Part shown: positions 1-14,121 of the stretch, piece after piece
Layout: every line of letters starts with the position of its first letter
How positions within the stretch are numbered: position 1 is the stretch's first letter
Assembly (NCBI GenBank): GCA_951406725.2
Contig: OX597824.1
Span: forward strand, 33,604,001 to 33,668,000
Length of the DNA: 64,000 nucleotides
Reading direction: 5' to 3'
Source of the DNA: Octopus vulgaris
Taxonomy: Eukaryota
Translations under genes and position numbers: made by a program
The notes under the pieces: model-generated
What the model saw: only the letters and a program-made list of their open reading frames with translations
Databases searched by the model: none
What the model was told of the DNA's origin: nothing

Positions 1-402
1 CAGTTCTCAAGGATCATACGATTAATATCCATAAGAGCCACGGCGGCACCCTTTTTGTTCAATGGGGAAAATATCGTTCTTCTCCATGAATGCATATGTT
101 TTCTCCGCCAGGATAGATGTTAGGATTTTATACGTAGTGGATAGACAGGTTATAGGCCGATAGTTTTTTGGAAGGTTGGTTTCGTTATTCTTTGGGAGTA
201 GGTAAGTAATACCACTTGCTAACCATTCAGGTGTTTTCTTTGGGTCTCTCATAATTCCATTGAGCAGCTGAACTAGCTTACTGTGTACGCATGGGAGCGA
301 TGCGAGCCGGAAATTCGGCACCCTATCTTTACCGGGGGATTTCCAATTATGGGCCTTCGTGAGTGCCTTTCTTAGGTCTGCTATTGTGATGTCTTCCCAT
401 GC

Positions 403-406
<4 letters not shown>
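1..406 (-). mobile_element. R4/Dong-clade non-LTR retrotransposon, RT N-terminal fragment, 5'-truncated at a (TAA)n array
   Basis: ORF 22..321 gives PEWLASGITYLLPK..NYRPITCLSTTYKILT..EQKGCRRGSYG, and upstream DNA gives NWKSPGKD. These are typical R4/Dong RT motifs. The fragment abuts (TTA)n at 407-480. Confidence 0.85.
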
Positions 407-480
<74 letters not shown>

Positions 481-711
481 GGGCGGCTAGCTGGCAGAAA
501 CGTTAGCACACCGGGTGAAATGCGTAGCCGTATTTCGTCTGCCGTTACGTTCTGAGTTCAAATTCCGCCGAGGTCGACTTTCCCTTTCATCCTTTCGGGG
601 TCGATAAATTAAGTTCCAGTTACGCACTGGGATCGATATAATCGACTTAATCCGTTTGTCTGTCCTTGTTTGTCCCCTCTGTGTTTAACCCCTTGTGGGT
701 AGTTAAGAAAC
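481..711 (+). mobile_element. tRNA-derived SINE, family A
   Basis: Head GGCGG..CTGGCAGAA with B-box GAGTTCAAATTCC and body GTCGACTTT.CCTTTCATCCTTTCGGGGTCGATAAA. Many copies occur in the window. Confidence 0.85.
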
Positions 712-734
712 AAATTATTATTATTACTATTATT

Positions 735-951
735 GAGTGAGAGAGCAGTGCATGCCATCAAAGTGACACTGGGGTAAAATATACGAAGCCCAATATACCC
801 ATTATGACTAACCGTCTGATAAGGGTACACCAGACACATGCATCACAACCATATGTGCGCGACATGGTGATCTCATATCAAGATAAACAGTACATGACCT
901 TGCAGGTGGGGCCCAGTTAGAATTTTCTTCAGGTTGAGTAGCCCATCCCGC
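735..951 (-). mobile_element. 5'-truncated copy of a (TAA)n-tailed non-coding retroposon (family T)
   Basis: Matches 6236-6763, ends in CACTGCTCTCTCACTC(AAT)n and is flanked by TAA arrays. Confidence 0.8.
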
Positions 952-955
952 TTAC

Positions 956-1089
<134 letters not shown>

Positions 1090-1420
1090 TTTAAATTCTC
1101 AGCTTATTTTGCTGGATATGATGGAAAGTGTCAGCTGTCCACAGTCAACAAAGTGACATTTGTTTACTGATCATGCTTCAAGAGCCCTGCGGAGAACTCT
1201 TGCACTTCCAAGCAACGCTGATTTTTGCACGTCACGTTGGTAGTTGAATGCTGACACTTCCAAGTCTACCATTTACCTCTAGTATCACGTCTATTCTCTT
1301 TATTGCCCACAGCCTGCGTATTTCCCACTTCAAATCGTCATAGTTGTTCAGTTTTTCTTCTTATTTCTCTTTGATCTTGCTGTCACCAGGACATGCTATG
1401 TCGATTATCATGCAAATTTG
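1090..1420 (-). mobile_element. R4/Dong LINE 3' end (restriction-like endonuclease C-terminus, 3'UTR and TAA tail)
   Basis: The minus strand reads IIDIACPGD..K..K...YDDLKWEIRRLW. It ends GCTGAGAATTT(AAT)n. Confidence 0.8.
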
Positions 1421-1479
1421 TGTCACTTTGATGGCATTCACTGCTCTCTCACTCAATAATTATAGTAATAATAATTTCT

Positions 1480-2085
1480 ACTATAGGCACAAGGAATAAA
1501 ATTTTGAAGAGTGGGTATGTCGATTATATCAAACTTGGCATTTCAGTGGTATTTATCTTAATGACCCAGAAAGGATGAAAAGCAAAGTCGACCTTAGCGG
1601 AATTTGAACTCAGAACATAGACAGACGAAATACCGCTGTGTATTTCACCTGGCGTGCAAACGATTCTACCAACTCACTGCCTTAATAATCCTTTCTTCAA
1701 GAGGCACTAAGCCTGAAATTTGGTTGGAAAGGGGCAGATTACATCGACATCAGTGTTTCACTGGTATATATATTTTATCGATCCCGAAAGGATGAAAGGC
1801 AAAGTCGACCTCGGCGGAATTTGGACTCAGAACGTAAAGACGGGGGAAATACCTATTTCTTTACTACCCACAAGGGGCTAAACACAGAGACGACAAACAA
1901 AGACAGACAAACGGATTAAGACTATTATATAGACCCCAGTGCGTAACTGGTATTTATTGATCGATCCCGAAAGGATGAAAGGCAAAGTCGACCTCGTCGG
2001 AATTTGAACTCAGAACGTACCGGCAGACGAGATACCGCTAGGCATTTCGCCCGGCGTGCTAACGTTTCTGCCAAAACGCCGCCAT
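1480..2085 (-). mobile_element. Cluster of three nested or adjacent family A SINE copies
   Basis: GAAAGGATGAAAGGCAAAGTCGACCTCGGCGGAATTTGAACTCAGAAC recurs at about 1570, 1788 and 1970. Confidence 0.8.
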
Positions 2086-2479
2086 AATAATGATAACAAT
2101 AATAATAATATTACAATAATACAACCTAAACAAAGCAATGAAAAATAATCCACAAACACAAGGCACACCCTATACAGCAAATACCCAATTAAATAAACTA
2201 CCACCAGCAAGCTGGTTACCCGTCGCATTACACACACAAAACATTATACAAGCACTAATACGACAAAAGACAGCACCACACTTCATATAAAAAAATAGAA
2301 GCTGATGCAATACAATAGCGGGAAGAGTTTGCACACTCCCGACAACAAAAGAGAACACAGAATGCTGCACACACCCCAGCAACACGGTGGTGAAACAGGT
2401 AATGCAGTTGGAATTTGCCTGAAGCTATCACAGGTTGAACAATGATAATAATGATAATAATAGGGTGAAACGGTATGGC

Positions 2480-3075
2480 GCATTGTTAGCGAATGCTCGA
2501 AATTGGTACAACGCGATTACAAAAGACGATATGACAATGTGGTAAGAATGATCCATTGGAAACTTTGAGAAAATTACAGCATACAAAGGAGGAAAGACCT
2601 GATATGACCAAATCCCAGGAAGAGTTACCGAGAATGAAGACTACAAAATCCTGTGCAATGCAATGATTCAGTTTGACCATCTGAGAAGACATCGGAAACC
2701 TGACAAAAAAAATGCCATGATAATCGACATAGCATGTCCTGGTGGCAACAGGATCAAATTGAAAGAAGAAGAATTGAACAACTATGACGATTTGAAGTGG
2801 GAAACACGCAGGCTGTGGGCAATGAAGATAGTGGGCGTGATGCCAGTAGTAATGGGTACACTTGGCAGTGTCAGCACTCATCTACCAACGCGACTCAAAA
2901 AGGTTAGTACAAATGTGAAGATGGAACACGTGCAAAAATCAGCATTGTTTGGAAACTGCAAGAGTTCTCTGTAGGGTTCTTGAAGCATGATCAGTAAACA
3001 AGTGTTACATTCTCTGTTGGCTGTGGCCAACTAACACTTTCCATCATATACAGATAAATAAGCTGAGAGTTTTGA
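2480..3075 (+). mobile_element. R4/Dong LINE 3' fragment (RLE domain)
   Basis: ORF 2663..2974 gives HRKPD..IIDIACPG..K..YDDLKWETRRLW..VMPVVMGTLG (PD..D..K RLE motif). The 3'UTR ends in (TAA)n. Confidence 0.85.
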
Positions 3076-3084
3076 TAAATGATG

Positions 3085-3156
<72 letters not shown>

Positions 3157-3493
3157 GTTGGGGAGCATCATAGCCATGTGTTGAAAGGGAATCTTTGGGG
3201 TTTGAATAATTCAACTCTGGAAACATGGGTGTTTTGTTCAACATCCTTAAACAACCCTTATTCAGGGACCTTTTGAGCGTGATGGGCTACTCGACCAGAA
3301 GAAAATTATAACTGGGCCCCACCTGCAAGGTCATGTGCTGTTTATCTTGATATGAGATTACCAAGTCGCGCACATATGGTTGTGATGCATGTGCCTAGTG
3401 TACCCTTATCAGACGGCTAGTCATGATGGGTATATTGGGCTTTGTATATTTTACCCCAGCCTCACTTTGATGGCATGCACTGCTCTCTCACTC
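3157..3493 (+). mobile_element. Family T (TAA)n-tailed retroposon, 5'-truncated
   Basis: Matches 6440-6763 and has TAA arrays on both sides. Confidence 0.8.
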
Positions 3494-3524
3494 AATAATA
3501 ATAATAATGATAATGATGATGAGG

Positions 3525-3555
<31 letters not shown>

Positions 3556-3711
3556 TGATGATGATGATGAGGATGATTTGTTTTATTTGCCAAAAGGGCT
3601 CAAGACATGGAGTACAATATGAAAGGATGGGACACAACACATAAAAGAGGTAGGGTTACATCTATCGAGGAGTAACACTACAATATTAAAAGATTTAGCA
3701 ACAAGATATCT

Positions 3712-4095
3712 TTTATCTTTTACTTGTTCCAGTCATTTTTACTGTGGCCTTGCTTGGGCACCTCGTTGAAAGTTTTTTAGTTGAACAAATCGACCCCATG
3801 ACTTATTTTTGAAGCCTGGTACTTATTCTATCAGTACCTTTTTTCTGAACTGCTAAGTTACGGGAACGTAAACACACCAACACCGGTTGTCAAACGGTGG
3901 TAAGGGACAACTACAGACACACAGACTTATACGACTGGCTTCTTTCAGTTTCCGTCTACCAAATCCATTAGAAAAACTCTGTTCGGTCCGAGGCTATAGT
4001 TGAAGACACTTACCCAAGGTGCCGCGCAGTGGGATTGAACCCGGAACCATTTTGTTTGAAGCAAACATCTTACTCCACTGCCACGCCTGCGCCTA
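3712..4095 (-). mobile_element. tRNA-derived SINE, family B
   Basis: Head TAGGCGCAGG..CCGGGTTCAATCCCACTGCG and tail TGACTGGAACAAGTAAAAGA. Matches 12745-13247. Confidence 0.8.
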
Positions 4096-4471
4096 TATAA
4101 ATTTATAAATAGAAATTAGAAGAGCAAATTATTAATAAATAGAATCCCCAATAACGGAGTCGTCCAATTAGAATATTTCGGAGGCAACCCCACACAAAAA
4201 GTTCCGGATTACTCTGCCATGTTCTAGGTATGGGAAGTGCTATCTACTTGTTACTTCGCTCCTACTAAGAACAGCATACTCAGAGTAGATCCATTGAGCC
4301 TCAACGATTCTTGCCACTCTCAGTAAGAATGGTTTCAAATTTTGGCACAAGGCCAGCAATATCATGCGGAAAGTAATGTCTATCTGAAGTTAGGTAACTT
4401 GATAGGGGAGTCGCTTAAACGACCTGATGTTAATAAAATCATCACTGTGCAAATGAATGAATGAAAGAATG

Positions 4472-4526
4472 AAAGAAGAAGAAGAAGAAGAAGAAGAAGA
4501 AGAAGAAGAAGAAGAAGAAGAAGAAG

Positions 4527-4563
<37 letters not shown>

Positions 4564-5186
4564 GCAACAACAACAGCAACAACAACAACAACAACAGCAA
4601 CAACAACAGCAACAACAAGAAGAAAAGAAGAAGAAAAGAAGAAGAAAAGAAGAAGAAAAAGAAGAAGAAAATAAGAAGCAGAAGAAGAAGAAGAAGAAGA
4701 ACAACAACAAGAAAATAAGAAGAAAAGAAGAAGAAGAAGAACAACAACAACAACAAGAAAATAAGAAGAAAAGAAGAAGAAGAAGAAGAAGAAGAACAAC
4801 AACAACAACAGCAACAAGAAGAAAAGAAGAAAAGAAGAAGAAAAGAAGAAGAAAAGAAGAAGAAAAGAAGCAGAAGAAGAAGAAGAAGAAGAAGAAGAAG
4901 AACAACAACAACAACAACAGCAACAAGAAGAAAAGAAGAAGAAAAGAAGAAGCAGAAGAAGAAGAAGAAGAAGAAGAAGAAGAAGAAGAAGAAGAAGAAG
5001 AAGAACAACAACAACAACAACAACAACAATAACAACAACAACAAGAAAAGAAGAAGAAAAGAAGAAGAAAAGAAGAAGAAGAAGCAGAAGAAAAGAAGAA
5101 GAAGAAGAAGAAGAAGAAGAAGAAGAAGAAGAAGAAGAAGAAGAAGAAGAAGAAGAACAGCAACAACAACAACAACAACAACAACA
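4472..5186 (+). repeat. Compound (GAA)n/(CAA)n microsatellite
   Basis: Read directly. It explains the ORFs at 4380-5361. Confidence 0.95.
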
Positions 5187-6170
5187 AAATTGTTTGACAG
5201 AAAACTAGGAAGTTGTTGACGCTGTATGGAGCCCAGCATCCGAAAGCTGATATCAACCGGATGTACTTTTGGAGAGACCAAGGTGGAAGTAACATTTCAA
5301 CAGTAGAAAAATATGTACAAATGGAAGGAAAATGTTTAGTAGAGTATTTGCAGAGCAGCACAAAAAAATCTACTAAAGACAGTTTATAAAGAACAGGTGA
5401 TGAAGCGCGTAAGAGGAGAAAAGTAAAAGAATGAAATACAAAGAGAGCACGTCAGACAGATTGAATAGAAAATTTCCATGGCCAATTTTGGAGAGCCACT
5501 GAAGACGTATGTAGAACAAAATCCTGGGCTTGGTTAAAAAAGGAGCAATTAAAAAAAAGAAACAGAGAGCCTAATTGTAGCAGCCCCGAATCAAGCGATA
5601 AAAACAAACAACTTGAGAAAAAAACATATAAGGAGAGAATGTGTCAGAAAATCGTAAAGTCTGTGGAACTTGGAACGAGACAGTGGCACACATTGTGAAA
5701 GAATGCCCCAAGTTTGCGCAAGAAGAATATAAGAAATGAAGGTACGACCAGATTGGAAAAGTTATACACTAGAAACTGTACCTGAAATTGGGATTTGAAG
5801 CTGGAGACACATGGTACAATCATCGAGTCGAAAGAATACTGAAGTCTGAGAAATGTAAGATTTTGTAGGACATTCCTTTTCGAAACAGGAAAATTTTGGA
5901 GCATGCGAACAGTAAAGGTCGTGCCTAAAATAATTGGTGCGTTCGGAACAGTAAACCATGATATAGACAAATGGTTGAAAGAGATTGAAATAGAATGCCC
6001 GGTAGAGCTCCTACAGAAAGTTTGTCTCTCAGGGATAGCAAGGATTATCAGAAGGGTTTTAAAGCACTTGAAAGACAGCTGAAAAATTGTGGATACGTAA
6101 GGTTACAGGTAGTAACCCGCTATCCGCATAATTCCTACCAGGAATAAGACCGAACCTGAGCCAAACCAAC

Positions 6171-6171
<1 letters not shown>
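5187..6171 (+). mobile_element. Decayed R4/Dong LINE 3' kilobase
   Basis: Frameshifted HPKADINRMY, KSWAWLKK, TESLIVAA.NQAIKT, C..C....ETVAHIV.EC (CCHC knuckle) and KILxD segments, ending in (TAA)n at 6172. Confidence 0.8.
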
Positions 6172-6235
<64 letters not shown>

Positions 6236-6763
6236 TGCTCTGATGCAGTACCAGGCAGTGGCTCTCGTGGCTTCTGATCTTAACTGATTGGAAGTGTTTT
6301 CATGTACATTGTTTTGTCTTGTTATAAAAGATGGGCTGCAGCAAATATTCTGCTCAATACCACTGATTTGCTTGCCAGTTGCTTGACCTTAACTAGTGGC
6401 TGAAGATATATGCATCTCTGATCACGAGCAGAAGTAGTGGTGAAGCATTATATTGAGAGGAATTCTTTGGGGTTTGGATAATTCACCTTTGGAAACATGG
6501 GTGTTTTGTTCATTAACCTTAAACAACCCTTATTCAGGGACCTTTTGAGTGGGGTGTGCTACTCGACCTGAAAAAATACTAACTGGGCCCCACCTGCTGG
6601 GACATGCGGTGTTTATCTTGATAACAGATCACCATGTCGCGCACATATGGTTGTGATGCATGTGCCTGGTGTACCCTTATCAGACAGGTAGTCGTGATGG
6701 GTATACTGGACTTCGTATATTTTACCCCAGTATCACTTCGATGGAATGCACTGCTCTCTCACT
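6236..6763 (+). mobile_element. Longest family T (TAA)n-tailed retroposon copy (about 530 bp)
   Basis: Sits between TAA arrays and is shared with 735-951, 1423-1454, 3157-3493 and 9206-9317. Confidence 0.8.
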
Positions 6764-6764
6764 C

Positions 6765-6817
<53 letters not shown>

Positions 6818-6872
6818 TAATAAAAATAATAAAAATAACAATAACAACTACTACTACTACTACTACTACTAT

Positions 6873-6905
<33 letters not shown>

Positions 6906-7064
6906 AGAAATGATTAAAAAAAGCAGTTAAAGAAAATCCCCAAATTGGAAGATTTCAAAAAAGAACACCATGCTGCACACTCCCCAGCAACATTATTATT
7001 ATTATTATTATTATCATTATTATTATTATTATTATTATTAATATTATTATTATTATTATTATCA

Positions 7065-7101
<37 letters not shown>

Positions 7102-7116
7102 CATTATTATCATTAT

Positions 7117-7178
<62 letters not shown>

Positions 7179-7195
7179 TTATTATTATTATATTA

Positions 7196-7602
7196 TAGGG
7201 GTGACTGTGTGGTAAGTAGCTTGCTTACGAACCACATGTTTCCGGGTTTAGTCCCACTGCATGGAACCTTGGGCAAGTGTCTTCTATTATAGCCTCGGGT
7301 CGACCAAAGCATTGTGAGTGGATTTGGTAGACGGAAACTGAAAGAATCCCGTCGTATATATGTATATGTATGTGTGTATATGATTGTGTGTCTGTTTTTT
7401 CCCCCCACCACTACCACCACCACCAACATCACTTGACAACCGTTTCTGGTGTGTTTACGTCCCCGTAACTTAGATGTTCGGCAAAATAGACCGGTAGAAT
7501 AAGTACTACGCTTCCAAAGAATAAGTACAGGGGTCAATTTGCTCGACTAAAGGCGATGCACCAGCATTGCCGCAATCAAATTACTGAAACAAGTAAAAGA
7601 GT
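7196..7602 (+). mobile_element. SINE family B
   Basis: GTGTGGTAAGTAGCTTGCTT..CCGGGTTTAGTCCCACTGC..GGATTTGGTAGACGGAAACTGAAAG..GAAACAAGTAAAAGAG. Confidence 0.85.
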
Positions 7603-7630
7603 ATTATTATTATTATCATTATCATTATTA

Positions 7631-7692
<62 letters not shown>

Positions 7693-7715
7693 GTTGCTGT
7701 TGTTGTTGTTATTGG

Positions 7716-7785
<70 letters not shown>

Positions 7786-7795
7786 TTTATTTTTA

Positions 7796-7854
<59 letters not shown>

Positions 7855-7856
<2 letters not shown>

Positions 7857-8800
7857 AACTCTCAGCTTATTTTGTTGGATATGAGGGAAGGTGTCAGCTG
7901 TTCACAGTCAGCAGACAAGGTGACACTTGTTTACTGATCATGCTTCAAGAACCCTACGGAGAACTCTTGCAGTTGCAAACAATGCTGATTTTTGCACGTG
8001 TTCCATCTTCACATTTGTACCAACCTTTCCGAGTCACGTTGGTAGATGAGTGATGACACTGCCAAGTGTGCCCATTGCTACTGGTATCACATCCACTCTC
8101 TTCATTGCTCTTCAAATCGTCATAGTTATTATCCTTCTTTCAATTTGATCTTGTTGCCACCAGGACATGCTATGTCGATTATCATGGAAATTGTTTGTTT
8201 TTTTTTTCCTTTTTTGTTCACCACAACAACGTCGAGTTTCCGATGTCTTCTCCGATGGTCAAACTGAATCATTGCATTGCACAGGATTTTGTAGTCTTCA
8301 TTCTCGGTAACTCTTGCAGTTTCCAAACAATGCTGATTTTTGCACGTGTTCCATCTTCACATTTGTACTAACCTTTTTGAGTCGCGTTGGTAGATGAGTG
8401 CTGACACTGCCAAGTGTACCCATTACTACTGGCATCACGCCCACTATCTTCATTGCCCACAGCCTGCGTGTTTCCCACTTCAAATCGTCATAGTTGTTCA
8501 ATTCTTCTTCTTTCAATTTGATCCTGTTGCCACCAGGACATGCTATGTCGATTATCATGGCATTTTTTTTTGTCAGGTTTCCGATGTCTTCTCAGATGGT
8601 CAAACTGAATCATTGCATTGCACAGGATTTTGTAGTCTTCATTCTCGGTAACTCTTCCTGGGATTTGGTCATATCAGGTATTTCCTCCTTTGTATGCTGT
8701 AATTTTCTCAAAGTTTCCAATGAATCATTCTTACCACATTGTCATACTGTCTTTTGTAATTGCGTTGTACCAATTTCGAGCATTCGCTAACAATGCGCCA
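7855..8800 (-). mobile_element. Two tandem R4/Dong 3' (RLE) fragments
   Basis: ORFs 8129..8326 and 8298..8558 both contain IIDIACPGGN. There is a TAA tail at 7855. Confidence 0.85.
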
Positions 8801-9144
8801 TACCGTTTCACCCTATTATTATCATTATTATCATTGTTCAACCTGTGGTAGCTTCAGGCAAATTCCAGCTGCATTACCTGTTTCACCTTCGTGTTGCTGG
8901 GGTGTGTGCAGCATTCTGTGTTCTCTTTTGTCGGGAGTGTGCAAACTCTTCCCGCTATTGTATTGCATCAGCTTCTATTTTTTTATATGAAGTGTGGTGC
9001 TGTCTTTTGTCGTATTAGTGCTTGTATAGTGTTTTGTGTGTGTAATGCGACGGGTAACCAGCTTGCTGGTGGTAGTTTATTTAATTGGATATTTGCTGTA
9101 TAGAGTATATCTTGAGTTTGTAGATTGTTGTTGTTGTTTTGGAT

Positions 9145-9205
<61 letters not shown>

Positions 9206-9206
<1 letters not shown>

Positions 9207-9317
9207 GAGTGAGAGAGCAGTGCATGCCATCAAAGTGACACTGGGGTAAAATATACGAAGCCCAATATACCCATCATGACTACCCGTCTGATAAAGGTAC
9301 ACCAGGCACATGCATCC
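9206..9317 (-). mobile_element. Family T 3' stub inside a (TAA)n array
   Basis: GAGTGAGAGAGCAGTGCATGCCATCAAAGTGACACTGGGG, as in the other copies. Confidence 0.8.
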
Positions 9318-9346
9318 TATTATTATTATTATTATTATTATTTTTA

Positions 9347-9410
<64 letters not shown>

Positions 9411-9427
9411 CATTATTATCATTATTA

Positions 9428-9945
9428 AGGTAGCGAGATGGCGGAATCATTTGCACGCCGGACGAAATACTTAGCGGTATTTCGTCTGCCACTACGTTCT
9501 GAGTTCAAATTCCGCCGAGGTTTGACTTTGCCTTTCATCGATTAAATAAGTACCAGTTACGCACTGGGGTCGATATAATCGACTTAATCTGTTTGTCTGT
9601 CCTTGTTTGTCCTCTCTGCGTTTAGACCCTTGCATCTCACCCTTTCGGAGTCGATGAATTAAGTACCAGTTGTGTACAGGGTCAATGTAATCGACTACTC
9701 TCCTCCCCCAAATTACAGACCTTGTGCCTATATAAGAAAGGCTTATTAAGGCACTGAGATGGCAGAATCGTTAGCACACCGGGAAAAATACTTAGTGGCA
9801 TTTCGTCTATCTTCGTGTTTTGAGTTCAAATCCCGCCGAGGTCTACTTTACTTTCATCCTTTCTGGTCGATAAAATAGGTACCAATGAAGCATTGTGATC
9901 GATGTAATCGATTTGACCCCTCTTGTGCTTTCAGTAGAAATGATT
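9428..9945 (+). mobile_element. Cluster of family A SINE copies
   Basis: Two heads with GAGTTCAAAT B-boxes (about 9500 and 9822) plus body fragments. Confidence 0.75.
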
Positions 9946-10275
9946 ATTATTATATTTATTTATTTATACATTTATTTATTTACAGCATCCGGATGCGAGT
10001 TACTTCTGACTCTACAAGAGCCATTCAGAAGCATAGAGGAAATCTGTAATAGCAACCAGACACGTGACTCTTTCTAACGAGACTTGAGTTTTGTAAAGGA
10101 TTTATAATAGTTTAGTGGGCAATTACTAACTATAGAAAATCACGAATGGTAAGTCAGAATCCAGATAATATATCTCGTTTATCTCTTTTATTTGTTTCAG
10201 TCGTTGACCGCGGCCTTGCTGGGGCTCCCAACATTTCGAACCAAGTTATGTTTCGCAAGTTCAAAGAGTTTAAAT

Positions 10276-10481
10276 TAGCGGTTTTCAACCCTTTTAACAT
10301 GCGGCCAGATTCAACACCTGGTACTCTCTTAGGAGATTGCCCCTAAATAAAGCAAAACACAAGTCAATTAAAGAAAACATTATTACATTTATGGCATTTA
10401 CGGAAGGAAGACCGTCAAGGGCAGTCGGAAGGATGCTTAAGGGACGTCTGCGGCCCTAATAGCTGTGGTTGAGTACCGCTG
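10276..10481. mobile_element. hAT (Charlie-like) MITE
   Basis: Imperfect TIRs TAGCGGTTTTCAACC / GGTTGAGTACCGCTG and an 8-bp TSD GTTTAAAT / GTTTAGAT. Confidence 0.65.
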
Positions 10482-10567
10482 GTTTAGATGCTAAATTTAT
10501 TTTCCCCTAATTTTTGGTTTTCACATTTTCGTTGGTATTTCTCATTATCACTGTTTGTTTCATACTT

Positions 10568-12120
10568 CACACACATGCACTCACATACACCATGCACTCA
10601 AACACACCGTGCACTCAAACACACCATGCACTCAAACACACCGTGCACTCAAACACACCGTGCACTCACACACACCATGCACACACTCACACACACCATG
10701 CACTATACACACCATACACTCACACACACCATGCACTCAAACACACCATGCACTCACACACCATGCACGCACTCACACACACCATGCACTCACATACACC
10801 ATGCACTCAAACACACCATGCACTCAAATACACACCATGCACTCACACACACCATGCACTCACACACACCATGCACTCACACACACCATGCACTCAAACA
10901 CACCGTGCACTCAAACACACCGTGCACTCAAACACACCGTGCACTCACACACACCATGCACACACTCACACACACCATGCACTATACACACCATACACTC
11001 ACACACACCATGCACTCAAACACACCATGCACTCAAATACACACCATGCACTCACACACCATGCACGCACTCACACACACCATGCACTCACATACACCAT
11101 GCACTCAAACACACCATGCACTCAAATACACACCATGCACTCACACACACCATGCACTCACACACACCATGCACTCACACACACCATGCACTCACACACA
11201 CCATGCACTCACACACACCATGCACTCACACACACCATGCACTCACACACACCATGCACTCAAACACACACCATGCACTCACACACACCATGCACTCAAA
11301 TAAACACCATGCACTCACACACACCATGCACTCAAACACACCATGCACTCAAATACACACCATGCACTCACACACACCATGCACTCACACACACCATGCA
11401 CTCACACACACCATGCACTCAAACACACCATGCACTCAAACACACCGTGCACTCACACACACCGTGCACTCAAACACACCGTGCACTCACACACACCATG
11501 CACACACTCACACACACCATGCACTCACATACACCATGCACTCAAACACACCATGCACTCAAACACACCATGCACTCACACACCATGCACGCACTCACAC
11601 ACACCATGCACTCACATACACCATGCACTCAAACACACCATGCACTCAAACACACCATGCACTCAAACACACCGTGCACTCAAACACACCGTGCACTCAA
11701 ACACACCGTGCACTCACACACACCATCACACACTCACACACACCATGCACTATACACACCATACACTCACACACACCATGCACTCAAACACACCATGCAC
11801 TCAAATACACACCATGCACTCACACACCATGCACGCACTCACACACACCATGCACTCACATACACCATGCACTCAAACACACCATGCACTCAAATACACA
11901 CCATGCACTCACACACACCATGCACTCACACACACCATGCACTCACACACACCATGCACACACTCACACACACCATGCACTATACACACCATACACTCAC
12001 ACACACCATGCACTCAAACACACCATGCACTCAAATACACACCATGCACTCACACACACCATGCACGCACTCACACACACCATGCACTCACACACACCAT
12101 GCACACACTCACACACACTC
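10568..12120 (+). repeat. About 1.55-kb minisatellite, roughly 18-bp unit CACCATGCACTCA(C/A)ACA(C)
   Basis: Read directly. Variant units recur in blocks. It is the source of the 351-624 aa H/T-rich ORFs. Confidence 0.95.
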
Positions 12121-12744
12121 ATACATATACATATACACACATCGCACTCATACACACGTATTTTCTTTTGCATACACACACACATACGCGCAATCACGCA
12201 CACATACATTCATATGCACATATATACATACACTCAAACATACACTCACATACACATATATACCTGCATTCAAACACATACACACACACACACACTCAAA
12301 CACACTCATTTCTTATATTTGTATACATTTTCGATATTTCTCTATGCCTCCCGAATTTTCTTTATGCCCCTCGGTTTTTCTCTCTTAACCACGCTTGATT
12401 CTATTCTAAACCTATTTCTATATTAAAATGAAACCTACTTGGATCATTTCATAGAAAAACTTTTAACCAGATTCACTAAGAGAAAGAACAACGTGATGTT
12501 TTCATATGAACTATGTTAGTAAACACTAGACCTATGATAACTAACTGACACTTTCATGAATGCTGATTGCTAAAAATAATATCGTCTCGCTTCGAAGTTT
12601 ATGGAGGAACTCTGTCTAAATGTGCTTGATGTATTGTTCATTGTTTTAAGTTCTCGTGTTCTGTAGTTTGGTGCAAGGCTTGCCTTTTACTTGTTTCAAT
12701 CATTGGATTTCGGCCATGAGTGGGACACCATGAATGGTTTACTC

Positions 12745-13247
<503 letters not shown>

Positions 13248-13635
13248 CTTGTTGAACAAACCAACATACACTCACACGCATGTGTGAATATTAGTTAGAC
13301 ACGAGTTACATTTGTAGAAAACGTGTTCCTTCCTCAAAAAATCAACCGGAAGAAAATTGATCGAAGGACACATTCGTTCGTAAACACGTTCGTCAAAAGA
13401 CAAATTGATTGATATTTTAGTTGAGGAAAAAATCGAAGAAAACAATACCCGTCGCGGTTGTATTTTACAAAGAATAAGTCTTGGGGTCGATTTCTTCCAC
13501 TAAAACCCTTAAAGGTGGTGTTCCAGCGTGGCCGCAATCAAATGACTGAAACAAGTAAAAGAACAAAAGAATAAAATAATATCTATTTAGAGAGATATAA
13601 ATTAGAATAAACAGAATATATATGTGTGTGTGTAT

Positions 13636-13679
<44 letters not shown>

Positions 13680-13686
13680 GGGGGGT

Positions 13687-14070
13687 AGAGGCGCAATGGC
13701 CTTGTGGTTAGGGTAGCAGACTCGCGGTCATAGGATCGCGGTTTCGATTCCCAGACCGGGTGTTGTGAATGTTTATTGAACGAAAAAAACCTAAAGCTCC
13801 GCGAGGCTCCGGCAGTGGGTGGTGGAGAACCCTGCTGTACTCTTTCACCACAACTTTCTCTCACCCTTTCTTCTTGCTCCTCTTGTTCCTGCACTTCAAA
13901 GGGCCAGCCTTGTCACACTCTGTGTCACGCTGAATCTTCCCGAGAACTACGTTAATGGTACACGTGTCTGTGGAGTGCTCAATCACTTGCACGTTAATTT
14001 CACGAGCAGGCTATTCCGTTGATCGTATCAACTAGAACCCTCGTCCTCGCAACTGACGGAGTGCCACGAC
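13687..14070 (+). mobile_element. tRNA-derived SINE, family C
   Basis: A-box TGGCCTTGTGGTTAGG and B-box GGTTTCGATTCCC. Related heads occur at 20335-20654 and 31370-31657. Confidence 0.8.
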
Positions 14071-14089
14071 GACGATACATGTGTGCATG

Positions 14090-14121
<32 letters not shown>

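Noticed and set aside
4380-5361. Poly-L/F/S/E/Q ORFs, and similar IY/CV/TH ORFs across the window
   Set aside because: Microsatellite artefacts.
10488-12426. ORFs of 271-624 aa rich in H and T
   Set aside because: They are translations of a minisatellite, open in all frames, with no domain.
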